Notes under the pieces: generated by a model
Database searches by the model: none
Seen by the model: the letters and a program-made list of their open reading frames with translations, nothing else
Told to the model about the DNA's origin: nothing
Shown here: one piece after another, positions 27,457 through 41,684 of the stretch
Position numbering within the stretch: the first letter of the stretch is position 1
Layout of the letters: each line of letters starts with the position of its first letter
Assembly: GCA_951406725.2 (NCBI GenBank)
Contig: OX597815.1
Coordinates: 195,734,001-195,798,000 of the forward strand
Reading direction: 5' to 3'
Length of the DNA stretch: 64,000 bases
From: Octopus vulgaris
Lineage: Eukaryota
Program-made: the position numbers and the translations under genes

Positions 27457-29175
27457 CAGTTGCGGCCAAAATGTTCAGAATGGCATTTTTTTCGACAGAA
27501 AAGTATATATAAGTTTTTATCAAAGTTGTTTTATATATTCTATGATTCTCACAGACAATAAATACAATATTAATTGTTACTGTCTGAGATGTTAGTGTAA
27601 TTTGAGAGGATAATACAAAAGTTATGTATGATTTAGTGATTTAATGCAAAACCCATGGCGGCCAAAATGATCAGAACGGTTGCTTTTACTCCGTGTTTTA
27701 GTATGTATAACCGGCGAACTCTAATGTTTTGAATTTGTTTACGTGATGGTTCGTTTACTAAACATTAGTAAGAATGTCTGCAGTGTACTTTGTTAATATA
27801 ATGCCACTTAATCCGTTACCAATTCGTCAGTAGATTATTAAGCTTCGAAAGAAGGATAATTGAAGTATTGGGTCTATTGAAAATATTGTCAACAAGTCAA
27901 AAAAGTGTTGTTCACGGTATTCTTAAGGTCTACAATGATTGTGGTTCATGTGAAGCAAAAAAGTCTACAGGTAGGCCAAAAAAAACGACCAAGAGAGAAG
28001 ATCGAGCTATGATAAAGTTGGTTAAAAAGGACAGATTTAAAACTGTTGCTGCTGTTTCTCGGGAAATGAGCATTGTACTGAAGAAAACTTTATCTCGAAA
28101 AACTGTGTCTCATCATTTAGTTGAACATGACCTACAAGCAAGAGCACCTGCAGTGAAGCCACTGATCAGCTCCAAAAATAAAAAGTGTCGTCTTACCTTT
28201 GCAACCGAACATGTGTTGTGGTCTCAAGAAAAATGGCAAACGGTGCATTTCAGTGATGAATCTAAGTTTATGTTATTTGGCTCAGATGGGAAAAGGTACA
28301 TTCATTGAAAAGTAGGTGAAAAATTGTCGCCTAAATGCCTTAAGACTAGTGTTAAATTCGGTGGAGGAAGTGTCATGGTTTGGGGGATGATATCTGGAGA
28401 TGGTGTGGGCTCTTTGGTGCGATTACACGGAAAGGTAAATGCAAGAGTTTATAAACAACTTGTAAAAGATCTGTCTTGCCTGTGCTGAGAAATTCAACTA
28501 AGCGACCACCCATGTTCATGCAGGACAATGCCCCATGTCAAAAGGCTAAGGTGGTCATGAACTTACTCAAGGCTGAAAAGGTTATTATTATTGATTGACC
28601 TGCTCAAAGCCCAGATCTCAATCCTATTGAAAATGTGTGGAATATTCTAGGAGAACGTTCGAAAGCCAGAACTCCTAAAACAACCGAGCAATTATGGAAT
28701 GCCCTTCAGGAAAAATGGAATAAGATCACCTAGCAAGAAATTTAAAATTTAAATTCCTCATGCAGTCGAAGATGTCAAAGTGTGATTGAAGCTAAAGGGC
28801 TTCACACTAAATATTAAATAATTCCAGTATTCTCTGTCATTTTTGATTATTTTGTTATATTTTCAACCGTTCTGATCATTTTGGGCGCCATGGGTTTTGC
28901 AGTAAATCAGTAAATCATCCATAACTTGTGTATTATCCGCTCAAATTACACCAAATTCTCAGACAATACCAATTAATATAGTATTTATTGTCTGTGAAAA
29001 TTATAGAATACAAAACAAGTTTAATAAAAGCTTATACTTAATTTTCTCAGACAATAACAATTAATATTGTATTTATTGTGTGTGAAAATTATAGAACATA
29101 AAACAACTTTGATAAAAACTTATACCTACTTTTATGTCGAAAACAATGCCGTTCTGAACATTTTGGCCGCAACTG
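27457..29175 (+). mobile_element. Full-length Tc1-family (IR/DR type) DNA transposon with TA TSD
   Basis: TA|CAGTTGCGGCCAAAATG ... CATTTTGGCCGCAACTG|TA; long TIRs (27457-27682, 28864-29175), each with outer and inner gcggccaaaatg.tcagaa.gg-like direct repeats. Confidence 0.95.
27801..28817 (+). pseudogene. Tc1 DD34E-type transposase, inactivated
   Basis: GRPKKT linker, WQTVHFSDESKF, VKFGGGSVMVWG, MQDNAPC, SPDLNPIENVW, GLHTKY*; internal stops and frameshifts. Confidence 0.93.
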
Positions 29176-29228
29176 TATGTATGTAAATAGATAATATTGT
29201 CTAAAGGAAATAATATTATTGTATTGTA

Positions 29229-29287
<59 letters not shown>

Positions 29288-29330
29288 GATATATATATAG
29301 ATATAGATATATATATTATAGACAGAAAGT

Positions 29331-29378
<48 letters not shown>

Positions 29379-29409
29379 TAGATAGATATATAGATAGATA
29401 GATAGATAT

Positions 29410-29492
<83 letters not shown>
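29229..29492. repeat. (TA)n + (TAGA)n microsatellite
   Basis: Directly visible. Confidence 0.95.
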
Positions 29493-29766
29493 CAATGAAG
29501 AGAAGAAGACAAAGAAAGAACACATCACTGGATATTAAACCAGTATTTGCTTGGATGAAACCATCCCTTCATGATGTTTACACATCCTCGGATATATACT
29601 CTTCGCCAATCCATATGACGCTATAATCGTCGTGAAACTTGGATTTTCTACACCAGAGGTATTCCGGCCTCGGCTTGGATCCCGACAGTGTTTTCAGCCC
29701 AGTTTTCAAGTTGAGTGCTTCTCTGGAAATAACCCAAAGTTACACTCAGCTGACGTTAGCCATTTA

Positions 29767-29810
<44 letters not shown>

Positions 29811-29841
29811 TACACACACTATATATATATATATATATACA

Positions 29842-30195
29842 TTTAAAAGAAGAAAGGAAATTGGAGATTAGGAAGTTAATAATTGCTTATTATTAACAGC
29901 AAATAAGTCATCTTCACTGACAGCCGTTTCAATTAATACTTAATAAACAGTAAATTTGCATTGGCGTGTGACACGGGCACAATATCATTAATCTGCTTAA
30001 TGAATTCATAAACACACAATTTAGTCCAAATGTTCATCTTTTCTCCTCTGATGACATTGTGTTCATGTCACATTTATGTGAATTTAATGTTTATTGAGTA
30101 TTAATTGAAACGGTTGTAAGTGGAAATGAACAATTTGCTTTTAATAATAAACAATTATTAACTTCCTAATCTCCATTTTCTTTTCTTCTTTTAAA
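29842..30195. mobile_element. Fold-back element, inverted arms 29842-29991 / 30048-30195
   Basis: ggagattaggaagttaataatt...ccgtttcaattaatact versus agtattaattgaaacgg...aattattaacttcctaatctcc; TA tracts nearby on both sides. Confidence 0.8.
30031..30132 (+). ncRNA. Type I hammerhead-like ribozyme with long domain II
   Basis: tgttcat..ttctcct-CTGATGA-[52 nt]-GAAAC(ggtt)GTA-agtggaa-atgaaca; outer stem I tgttcat/atgaaca is perfect; stem II closing pair is poor. Confidence 0.55.
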
Positions 30196-30327
30196 CGATT
30201 ATAAAACATAAGTTTGTTTAATATATATATACTTATTATTTTAAAGAGATTCTTTCCCCATAAATACTAGATATTAAACCAGTATTTGCTTGGATGAAAC
30301 CATCCCTTCATGATGTTTACACATCCT

Positions 30328-30469
30328 CTGTCCGCCGAGGTCGACTTTGCCTTTCATCCTTTCGGGGTCGATAAATTAAGTACCAGTTACGCACTGGGGT
30401 CGATCTAATCGACTTAATCTGTTTGTCTGTCCTTGTTTGTCCCCTCTGTGTTTAGCCCCTTGTGGGTAG

Positions 30470-30472
<3 letters not shown>
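30328..30472 (+). mobile_element. SINE family B, 5'-truncated
   Basis: ccgccgaggtcgactttgcctttcatcctttcggggtcgataaattaagtaccag...gtgggtagtaa. Confidence 0.9.
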
Positions 30473-30530
<58 letters not shown>

Positions 30531-32066
30531 CATATATATTTATATTTACATATATGGGTTGGTCTGTATGTAAATATGTATGTGTGTACATGTCTTACGT
30601 ACTCCGATGAAAAATGTTAATAAACTTATAAAAACATTTCTTTCAGAAAAAATGATATTAATGCTCTTCATTAATTTATTAATAAAAATCATTGCCAATG
30701 AAACTTAAATATGTCAAAACAAAACGCTATTTCTCCTTGAAGCTATTTTTTTTTCTTTATCAATCTTGGAACTTGTCACGATATAACTGCATAAGATTTC
30801 CGCTAAGTAAGTTTGTTGTTTCTATTAAATTTGAACTATTAAGCATTCAGATTCGGAGAAAATGAATTTATTATACATATCAAACTTCTTTAGACATTGT
30901 GGATTTCTCTTAAATATTTATAGAAAATACACATCTTAAATATAAACCTTCAAACTTATGCTCAGGGAGATTGGTTCCATTTCTTTGTTATATTTTATAT
31001 TAGTATATATAATACGATCATGTTAAAAAAATATTCTGTCTTAGCGATGTAATTTTCTTGCGAGATGAGACTTGGTAACAAACTTATTAAATTTTCTGTG
31101 TTGCAGTTCATATTAGCAATCATTGTAAATCGTTGACCGCTTTTAAACTTCACGAATAAAGTAATGTATAAACGTGCATGTACCGCATGTCTCATATGCG
31201 CAACTTCTAGAATTACCTATGTAAAAACACCGTATGACAATCAATTGTGGGCATAGCCTTCATCAAAGTGTTTGATATTCTAGATGTTCATAACTGGATT
31301 TTCTTTAAAAGATAATGCTCAGAATGATATTGAAACAAGAGAGATATGAATGATGATCGGCACAGCTTTGACCGCAAAATGTGACAGTTGTTTCGTAGTT
31401 GCTATACAAATTCCGTACGATATGCCACAATTACTATAAAACATGTGTTAAATATTAGTTTTACAGAAGCAGAAGAGAAATCAGATGTAATAGTAAATAT
31501 TGCCCGACTAATACATAATACATTGCGCCTTTTTTCTGGTATATATTTTCACGTTAGTATTGAAATATGACTCACAAGCGAAAACTTCAATTTGTACAAT
31601 AGAACAGATGTTAATTCATAGCTTTATCGAGTAGTATTCATTGTTTATATTCAACAAGAAATTTACATATGATTCTGAAATATATTCAAATATTAAGAGC
31701 AAGTGGTAGTAGTCCATTTTTATACGTAAACATAATAATAGTCCTGCTTTTGTTTGAGTTAATAACGATAAGAGTTAGCAGAAAATATTTCACTGTAAAT
31801 CATTCAGTTGACTTGTGGACTTTTCATGATAACCTCTGCTCACTATTATATAGAATATCATTAAAGCATTAATATCATTTTGTGAATGGACACAAAATTG
31901 CTCTTTTCAAGTGTTATCATTAAATTTTATGAACGTTATTATTCATTTACAAATAATATTTGTTTTATATATACACGACCAAATATCAAATAGTTCTTCA
32001 TTTAATATACATTTAAGCATTTTGTATTTATACGATTTTATCTCTACAGAAGCAACTAATATAAGT

Positions 32067-32119
<53 letters not shown>

Positions 32120-32863
32120 TATTTACACACAAATATATATATATATATGTGTGTGTGTGTCTGTATGTATATATGTATATATATATTAAATGATAATGCT
32201 TGGATGGAGTCTATAAACTTTTAATGCATTCCTACGCGCGATTCCACAGACAACATGACTCTTAAGATCACAGTACGTATTCTTAGATCGATTAGAGTGT
32301 AGTCCGTAGTATCTGTGAGCATCCGGTTCATCATTATCCTTGATTCATTTCATCAGGTGGTATAACATTAATGGTTGTACATAAGAGAGATGTTTATCTC
32401 TTTGTAACAGTATGACGTTAAACGAGTTATGTACGTATTTCTCTATGTATTTAGAGACAAGTTTCAGGGTATATATTTCAAATATGCATATATATTTGAA
32501 AACCAGTGGAGGTATTCCACTGAATTTAGGTAAATAATCCTTCGAACAGATGGTCAGCAGTGACACCTGCCTGGTTCGGCTGCTCTATATTGATAAGGGG
32601 CAAATACCCTGAAATTAATCTGTAGATGCAAGACCGGCAAGTGGAAGCGGCTGCCCCCCCCCCCCCCACACACTGATCGAAGATTATAATGGACATAGGT
32701 TCGTGTGTCACATAGCTAGCTAGAGGCGATGGCCTCTTGGAGCTAATCAGCAGCAGCATTCGTCCTATTGTTCTTGGATTGCCATGTTAGCTTGGCGATA
32801 ACTATTAACATGCAGTACCGCTTTCGTATCTCCGCTAGAGGAACTTAGAAATATATATATATA

Positions 32864-33267
32864 TACTCTTTTACTCTTTTACTTGTTTCAGTCATTTGAC
32901 TGCGGCCATTTTGGAGCACCACCTTTAGTCAAGCAAATCGACCCCGGGACTTATTCTTTGTAAGCCCAGTACTTATTCTATCGGTCTCTTTTGCCTAACC
33001 GCTACGTTACGGGGACGTAAACACACCAGTATCGGTTGTCAAGCAATGCTACGGGGACAAACACAGACACACAAACACACACATACATATATATATACAT
33101 ATATACGACAGGCTTCTTTCAGTTTCCGTCTACCAAATCCACTCACAAGGCATTGGTGGGCCCGGGGCTATAGCAGAAGACACTTGCCCAAGATGTCCAC
33201 GCAGTGGGACTTGAACCCGGAACCATGTGGTTGGTTAGCAAGCTACTTACCACACAGCCACTCCTGT
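32864..33267 (-). mobile_element. SINE family A
   Basis: Match to family A. Confidence 0.92.
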
Positions 33268-34034
33268 ATATATATACGGAGTAGGAGTAGATCGGAGTAT
33301 GAGAAAGTACAGTATAAGTGAAAGGAGGGGAGAGAAAATAGTAATTGAGTGAACAAGAAGAAGTGAGAGTAATAGCCCTGGCTGAAAGAGAATGAGAGAA
33401 AGTAATGGCGATAAGAGAAAAGAAGAGGTAAATGATGAATATGGAAAGAAGGGTGAAAAAGAATCAGCCTTTTCACTCTGTGTGAGTATATGTCCGTTAT
33501 GTAAAAGGGCTGTATGCGAATATTCGTCTCTGTGTGTGTGTTCATTGGAAATGGGATGGTGAATGTTCAACGCTGAAAGAAAAACCAAACAGCATTTCAA
33601 CTCTGAGTATATGTGTACATGTGTGTGAATGTTTGTATCTGTGATTGTTACGTACCTTATTTTATACCGTATTTATATATAAAATACTACAATTAGCCGT
33701 CATTTTTGTTGGAACATGTTCAGCTAGTATTTCATAAAGAATGAATTGAAGATAGCTAAGTATCAATTTTTGTTCAAATATATTCACCAAATGATGGCTA
33801 ATAATTCTCAGACACGTAACAGGTTTTAATTCCTAAGTGCTAGACTTAGGCGTCCCTCTGCGTTTGCATTTGTCGGGTAAATTTAAGAAGTGAAATGACA
33901 CTTTTATTTTACAATAGGAATATAATGAAGAAATATTTAAGAAATGGCATATTGCATCTTTCCAAAAACAATTTACATATATACGTATATATGCAGTTAT
34001 GATTATATGTAGAAATTGTATGAATACAGAAACA

Positions 34035-34240
34035 CGAGGGGGATCTAAAATGTTCCTGGCTTTCAGAGTATTGCGAGAGACCTAGTTGGAGGTCAAACGT
34101 TACAAGTTCTTTTACATGGCTTAGAAAAACTGAACGACAGTAGCAGTAAGTGCAAGAATATGTTCAATAAAATCATAATTAAGAAATCATCATGTATTTA
34201 CTTTTAACTACAACCTGGATGTTTTTAGCACCCCACCTCG
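34035..34240. mobile_element. Mariner-type MITE (degraded)
   Basis: cgagggggatctaaaatgttcctgg ... cctggatgtttttagcaccccacctcg|ta imperfect TIRs; related copy at 40564-40759. Confidence 0.6.
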
Positions 34241-34406
34241 TACATACCTACATACACTCACACACACATGTGTATGTGAGCACGCTTAAGCTCAGAGACA
34301 TTTGTAATATTTCATTCCCTATCTGCCTGCCAAACTAAACAGTGAATATATTTATCTTAACGACACCCCATTATCTCCTTATCGGTTTATACACATATAA
34401 ATACAC

Positions 34407-34464
<58 letters not shown>

Positions 34465-34466
34465 AT

Positions 34467-34497
<31 letters not shown>

Positions 34498-34511
34498 AGG
34501 GAGAAAGAAAG

Positions 34512-34543
<32 letters not shown>

Positions 34544-34571
34544 CCATACATGTATATGTATATATACATAC

Positions 34572-34602
<31 letters not shown>

Positions 34603-35378
34603 CATATATATATATACAAACACGTGTGTATACATATATATATATAAATACACACGTGTGTATGTTTATATATATATATGCATATATACGCATATATGTA
34701 TGTATATATGTATGTATGTATATATGTATATATGTATGTATGCATGTACACATATACATATGTAAGTATGTATGTATGTATGTATGTATATATTTATCTA
34801 TTTATAAATGTATATACGCTCATCGTATGGAGTTTCTATATCAGATAACATTTATCACACATATATTCATACATGCATAAATACTTACATGTACAAACGC
34901 ATCTGCACACACACACGCACACACACACATACCTAGATATGTAGTGTGTGTGCTTGGGCATCAAATTAGTGTGTCTGTGTGTTTGTTGCCTCTGCTCCAT
35001 ATATCAACATCTAAACTACGTCTAGTGTTTGTTGACGGCTGCAGATTAATCGTTCAGTATAATATGTCATATGCCTGACTTTAAGGGCGCCACTATGAAT
35101 TTAAATACGTCTGCTCTACAAGCTCTTAACACTAAAGCAATATCAAGAAGTCTACACGAAGCTAAATGAATGGCATTACAGTAAAAAGCATTTAATGCAC
35201 ACGATACGAATATCTGCAGACAGTAAGAGATCAATATATAAGAAAAGAAGTAAAGAAAAACTTAAGAAATAACTATTTACCATTGGCTCTATGTCTGTAA
35301 TATTATGCCACCGTAGTTACGTCGGTTGAGACGTGTTTGTAAATATGTATTTAGATATAATTATGAATGTGTACGTAA

Positions 35379-35409
<31 letters not shown>

Positions 35410-35412
<3 letters not shown>

Positions 35413-35834
35413 TCTTTTACTCTTTAACTTATTTCAGGCATTTGACAGCGGCCATGCTGGAGCACACCTTTTTGTCAGAGCAAATCAACACCAGGACTTA
35501 TTCTTTGGAAGCCTAGTACTTATTCTATCGGTTCTGTCTTTTGCCGAACCGCTAAGTTACGGGGACGTAAACAAACCAACATCGGTTGTCAAGCTATGTT
35601 GGGGGGAGAACAAACACAGACACAGACACACACACACACACATATATATATATACATATATGCATATATACGACGGGCTTCTTCCACTTTCCGCCTACCA
35701 AATCCACTCACAAGGCTTTCGTCGGCCCGAGGCTATAGTAGAATACATTTGCCCAAGGTGCCACGCAGTGGAAATGAACCCGAAGCCATGTGGTTGGTAA
35801 GCAAGCTACTTACCACACAGCCTCTCCCGAGCCT
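35410..35834 (-). mobile_element. SINE family A
   Basis: Match to family A. Confidence 0.9.
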
Positions 35835-36355
35835 ACATATATATGTATGAAAATATGAGTCTTCGAAGTCAGTTGCTCCCATAACTTCCAAAATAAAACT
35901 TGGGATTTTATGGAGGGTTTAAGCTGGAAACAAAAACAGGACAAATGAGACATACAAGGAAACGGAAAGGAAACAAACATTGGAAGGTCGTTAGATAAGA
36001 ACGAGGGGAAAATAGTGAACGCTGTGAGAAATATTTTCTTTGAAAAGAGATGAAACAAGAAAGAGATAGAAGACATCAAGTCTTTAGAACGTCCGTGCAA
36101 GAAAAGAAAGATGGTTACGTGAGGAAAAGAAACATGGACGATGGTCACATGTGAGCAACGAAAGAGAGAGGAAAGGAGTGAACCGAGAGAGAGAGAGAGA
36201 GAGAGTGAGAGAGAGAGAGTGAGAGAGAGAGAGAGAAAATATAGAAAACGGTGAAGAAACAGGGAACTAGAGAAGCATAGTGGACGAAACAGTATAGAGT
36301 GGATTCTCATCAAAAAGTTTGAGATCAACTTATTTCGAAGTGGATGCTTAGCGTT

Positions 36356-36520
36356 CGACGGACTTCTTTCAGTTTCAGTCTACCAGATCCACTGACACGG
36401 CTTTCGTCGACCCGATGTATAAACTAGAGGACACTTACCTATGGTGCCACATGGTGGGAATGAACCCGGAACCATGTGTCTGGGGAGTAAGCTCCTTGCC
36501 ACACAGCCTCACCTGCACCT
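36356..36520 (-). mobile_element. SINE family A 5' half (diverged)
   Basis: cgacggacttctttcagtttc...gaacccggaaccatgtg...ccacacagcc. Confidence 0.8.
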
Positions 36521-36673
36521 GTATATATATGCATATACAGACACACATACACATACACACACACTCACAGGCACGCATACATGCACACACATATGTGTGT
36601 ATATCTTTATATATAAATATATAGAGAGATAGATAGATATGGGTGTGTGTGTGTGTGTATATATATATAAACA

Positions 36674-36739
<66 letters not shown>

Positions 36740-36898
36740 TACATACATATATGTATACATATAAACGTATATATGTGTGTGTGTCTGTGTGTGAACATAT
36801 ATATATAAGTATACAAAGAGAGACAAAGACAAAATTGACAAACTATATATATAATATATATTTATAAGTAATTACAGACATATATGTTCATGTGTAGA

Positions 36899-37093
<195 letters not shown>

Positions 37094-37284
37094 ATGTAAC
37101 CTTGGATATGGACTCGTTATATATACATGTATATATATATATATACATTTGTGTGTGTGTGTGTGTGCGTGTGCGTGTTTGGGAAGCACACACGCACACA
37201 CTCACAAACTTATATATCTAGAAGGAGAATTGGGATTAAGAAATCATGGCAGATATCAATAAAGCATTCTGTATCTATCGGTAA

Positions 37285-37590
37285 GTCGCAGGTGTGGCTG
37301 TGTGGTAAGAAGCTTGCTTCCTCTTCACATAGTTCCGTGTTCAGCCTCACAGCGTAGCCCCTTGGGCAAGTCTCTTCTACTTTAGCCTCGGGTCGACCGA
37401 AGTGGATTTGGTAGACGGAAACTGAAAGAAGCTCGCCGTATTTATTTATCTGTCTGTCTGTCTGTCTATCTATCTGTGTGTATGTATGCATATATGTGTT
37501 TGTGGGTCTGTGTCTGTGTTGACCACCGATGCTGGTGTGTTTCTGCGTTTCTTTACTTAGAGGTTCGGTAAAAGCGAACGATAGAACATA
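37285..37590 (+). mobile_element. SINE family A (diverged, lacks 3' tail)
   Basis: gcaggtgtggctgtgtggtaagaagcttgc...ggatttggtagacggaaactgaaagaagc. Confidence 0.82.
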
Positions 37591-37617
37591 TACACATCGC
37601 TATAACATTATACATAC

Positions 37618-37653
<36 letters not shown>

Positions 37654-37830
37654 TCGTTCGTGTGCATGTGTGTGTGGAGTTTATATATATACATATTTAT
37701 AAATACAAACACACACAAACGTATATACATAATATATATATATATATGTCTTTATGCATGTATACAACTATGAATATTCACAAATATACACGCCTGTGAA
37801 TCATAGGGTTTGTATGCCTGTAATTCTGCG

Positions 37831-37948
37831 TGTGTGCGTGTGTGCATGTGTGCATGTGTATGTGTGCGTGTGTGCATGTGTGCATGTGTATGTGTGCGTG
37901 TGTGCATGTGTGCATGTGTATGTGTGCGTGTGTGCATGTGTATGTGTG
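37831..37948. repeat. 30-bp minisatellite, about 4 units
   Basis: tgtgtgcgtgtgtgcatgtgtgcatgtgta repeated. Confidence 0.9.
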
Positions 37949-38270
37949 CCCGTGCGTGTGTTTGTTTTTTGTTTACATGTATATGATTAGTTTATCAAAA
38001 TTTTATCCTTGCCAATCTGAAGTTATTACATGTTTCATAAGGCTTCATCATTTCGACCAACAGCTATGGAGAAAATTGTAATTAATAACAAACTTCGTGA
38101 GTTCGATCAGAGCAATCCCCAGGTATCTATCTATATATATAACTAATGTAGGATAACATTTTTTTCGGTAAAAAAATTTTAACAATGGCCCGCATATCAA
38201 AAAATACCTTTAAAGGCTAAATTTTTTTCGGCATATTTGGCATTACAATTTTTCTTTTGCCCTTATTTTG

Positions 38271-38322
<52 letters not shown>

Positions 38323-38609
38323 TTTGTAGAGTAAAGGAGTTCCCTCCCTTCAACTGAATATTATTGAGGAGAACAATTATCTACGCAACGCAAGACAACA
38401 TACGGGAACCAAACCGCCTGCCTCTACTACAGCTGCCACAGCTGCTGCTGTTGTTTCTCTGGCTGCTCATCGACCGTGCAGCCGCAATTGAGAAGTTGTA
38501 GGCAAGTAATTTCATGCGTTCACTGACTCTCTGTTATAACAATTTATCTTATACCTTATTCAATATAGACTACAGGCTATGATTTGAGAAAGATTTAGTT
38601 ACATAGGAA

Positions 38610-39030
38610 CAGACGCGGCTGCATGGTAAGAAACTTGCTTTTCAACCACGTGGTTCCGGGTTCAGTCCTACTGTATGGTGCCAAGGGCAAGTGTCTTCTA
38701 CTATAACCTCGCGACGACCAAAAGCTTTGTGAGTGGTTTGGTAGACGGAAAATGAAACAAAATTGTCGTATATAAGTATATGTAAACAACTATGTGTGTG
38801 TGTGCGTGTGTTTGTGTTTGTGTCTGTGTTTGTTCCACCTACACCGTTTGACAACCGGAGTCCGTGTGTTTACGTCTCCGTAACGTAGCAGTTTGGCAAA
38901 AGAGAAGTAAAAATATGTACGAAGCTTAATATCAAAAGGTCATTCAATGGGGTTGATCTGTTCCACTAAAATCCTTCAGGTGGTGCCCCAGCATGGCCGC
39001 AGTCAAATGTCTGAAACAAGTAAAATATAA
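38610..39030 (+). mobile_element. SINE family A (older variant)
   Basis: Head and tail match family A. Confidence 0.85.
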
Positions 39031-39038
39031 CAGCTAAA

Positions 39039-39431
39039 CGAGTGGCTGTGTGGTAAGTACCTTGCTTACCAACTACATGGTTCCGGGTTCAGTCCCACTG
39101 CATGGAACCTTGGACAAGTGTCTTCTACAATAACCTCGGGCCAACCAAAGCTGTGTGAATGTGTTTGGAAGATGGAAACTGAAAGAAGCCCGTTCTATAC
39201 ATGTTTGTTCGCGTTTGTGTATGTGTGTGGTTGCCCCCCCACACACACTCACACGCTTGACAACCGATGCTGGTGTGTTTATGTCCCTTTAACCTAGCGG
39301 TTTGGCAGAAGACCCCGATAGAATAAGTGCTAGGCTTACAAAGAATAAGTCCTCGGGTCAATTTGTTTGACTAAAGGCGGTGCTCCAGCATGGCCACATT
39401 CATATGACTGGAACAAATAAAAGAATAAAAA
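39039..39431 (+). mobile_element. SINE family A, immediately downstream of the previous copy
   Basis: Match to family A. Confidence 0.9.
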
Positions 39432-40203
39432 GGTACTCTAGCAAATGAAGCGTCCATGTATAAGGACCCCGTCTTTTTTTCTGACGTTTAAAATGTTATA
39501 TTAGTATGTAGATTACCTGCATTGTCCAGATGCCTGCAATGATAGGAAAAATAAGGTGCTGAATATTCCCATATGAACAGTAAAAGCAGTGAAAAGCTGA
39601 GGAATATGATGTGATATGTAAAATCATAGCTTAAACAACTGATCCCCAACCAGTTTTTACACTATGGATCAATTCTATGCAAGATAATTCTTCTGCAGAA
39701 GGGGCTCAGGAACATAACAGAACACAATAAATTGAATACCATATAAAATTTGATTCTTACAACTATGATGCATAAGCACTATGGATTCTGTGATAATCAA
39801 TATAAGAGAAAGGAATTTTTAAAATCTATCCCTTCAGTGCGGCCCTGTACCAAAAGATCCACACCTCGGTACTGATCCCTGATACGGTGTCTGGGAGCTT
39901 TATTCTGAATGACCGTTTTTGATGTAGCATATAGAAGCAGTGATTAGGATAAACGCCGCATCGTAAATTGCAGCGACGGTCGGTAATCCGCTTGATTTAG
40001 CGAACTTTCATAGCTGAAACACAAGATTACCACAGCCTAAACAATGAGTGCATTCTTTATGCTGTCTCGAAACTTTCACTGTTGTTATAAAATTCTTCAC
40101 TCCCCCATCACTCCATTCATGAAATGTATACTAAGGAAAAGTAGTCACCTCTAAAACGTTTGATATATATATATAAATCTGTATATATGTATGTGTATAC
40201 ATG

Positions 40204-40257
<54 letters not shown>

Positions 40258-40563
40258 TACATGGATATATATATATATACATATATATTAATATGAAAAT
40301 TATGTATTAATGGGAAACCTCTATATATTGACTGATGATTGCTCAACATTTTAAAACTGTTGTAATACTTACAATATTTAATAAAATGATGTAGCGTAAA
40401 ACGATCGTACCAAATTACCGGAGATATTCTTGTTGCTTATTTTGATTATATATATATATATATATATATATACATGCATATATATGCAAATGCATACATA
40501 GATACATATATATGCGAGTGTGCACGTATGTGAGTTTGTATTTGTGTGTGTGTGTGTTGTATA

Positions 40564-40759
40564 TGAGAGGGTACTGAAAATTTCTTGGCTTTGGGCAAGA
40601 AGAGGATCAGTTATTTATCATTTTATTCAAGATATTCCCCTCTCGGATTCACACGCTCATTATAGCGGTCCTTCAGTTTTTATAAGCCCAGCAAAAGAAC
40701 TCGGAATTTGGGCCTCTAGCCAAGCCTTTCCTGATGCCCTTAAAGCCAGGAACTTCTCG
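40564..40759. mobile_element. Mariner-type MITE (degraded)
   Basis: ta|tgagagggtactgaaaatttcttggcttt ... aaagccaggaacttctcg|ta; interior resembles the reverse complement of 34035-34240. Confidence 0.6.
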
Positions 40760-41684
40760 TATATGAACTCTCAGAGAGCAACGAAAAGTCTTGTTTAGAT
40801 TAATAATCATTTGCTTAAATATCGTCATTTATTTTCGTTCTTGGATCTTCCCGTCCATATGTGCTCTTAGAAGATCTGTAAGTATCAGTAATACTTAATG
40901 TTGGTCTACTTATAAAGAACTGCAATTATTGCTGCTTTCTAAAGAAACTACGGGACCCGGTTGTGTTTTGTGGATTGGTGAAATGAGTTTAGTATTTCGA
41001 AATATTTTACTTATACCCCGTTAAGCTGATAGTCATCGGAATGTTTTTGTTCTAATATTCTCTGGATTATTTATTTCTTGCTATTCCCTTCTCACATATA
41101 TTTTGAATGCTTCTAATTAGTTTTTAATTAGTTACTCGACACTCTTTCAAAAATTACCTCGCTAAGATTAACTACGACATGGTCTGGCAGGCACAAATAT
41201 CTATACATATACATTTAAGTGTGGGTGTAAAAAATATTCTGCCAAGTAGTTTCTTCAAACATATGCTTACATCCACGTATATTAATTATCTCTTTATCTA
41301 TAATTTAGAAATGGATATAGGCATATATGTGACTTATTTCCGTTAAACTGTATTCACCGACACACCCAAAAACAGACCTTACAATTAGCATTCAAGCTCG
41401 TGTTTTTGAATATAAGTATTTAAGGGCACACTAGAAATTTGTGTGGCGCATTTGTATGTATTTTTTTCATGCCTGTGCATGTGCGTTAAATGTGTTCTCT
41501 ACCTAGTTGCAAGTATTACAAGTTTACAGATGGTGTATATATTAGTTTGTTTATCTTACTAAAATGTTCTATATGAATATCTCTATCCTTTCTGTATGTG
41601 ATGTATATGTATCGCGAATGGTATGCAATTACCTAATTTAATCATACGTCCTTTCTTAAATATGTTCTAGAGTTATACTGTATA

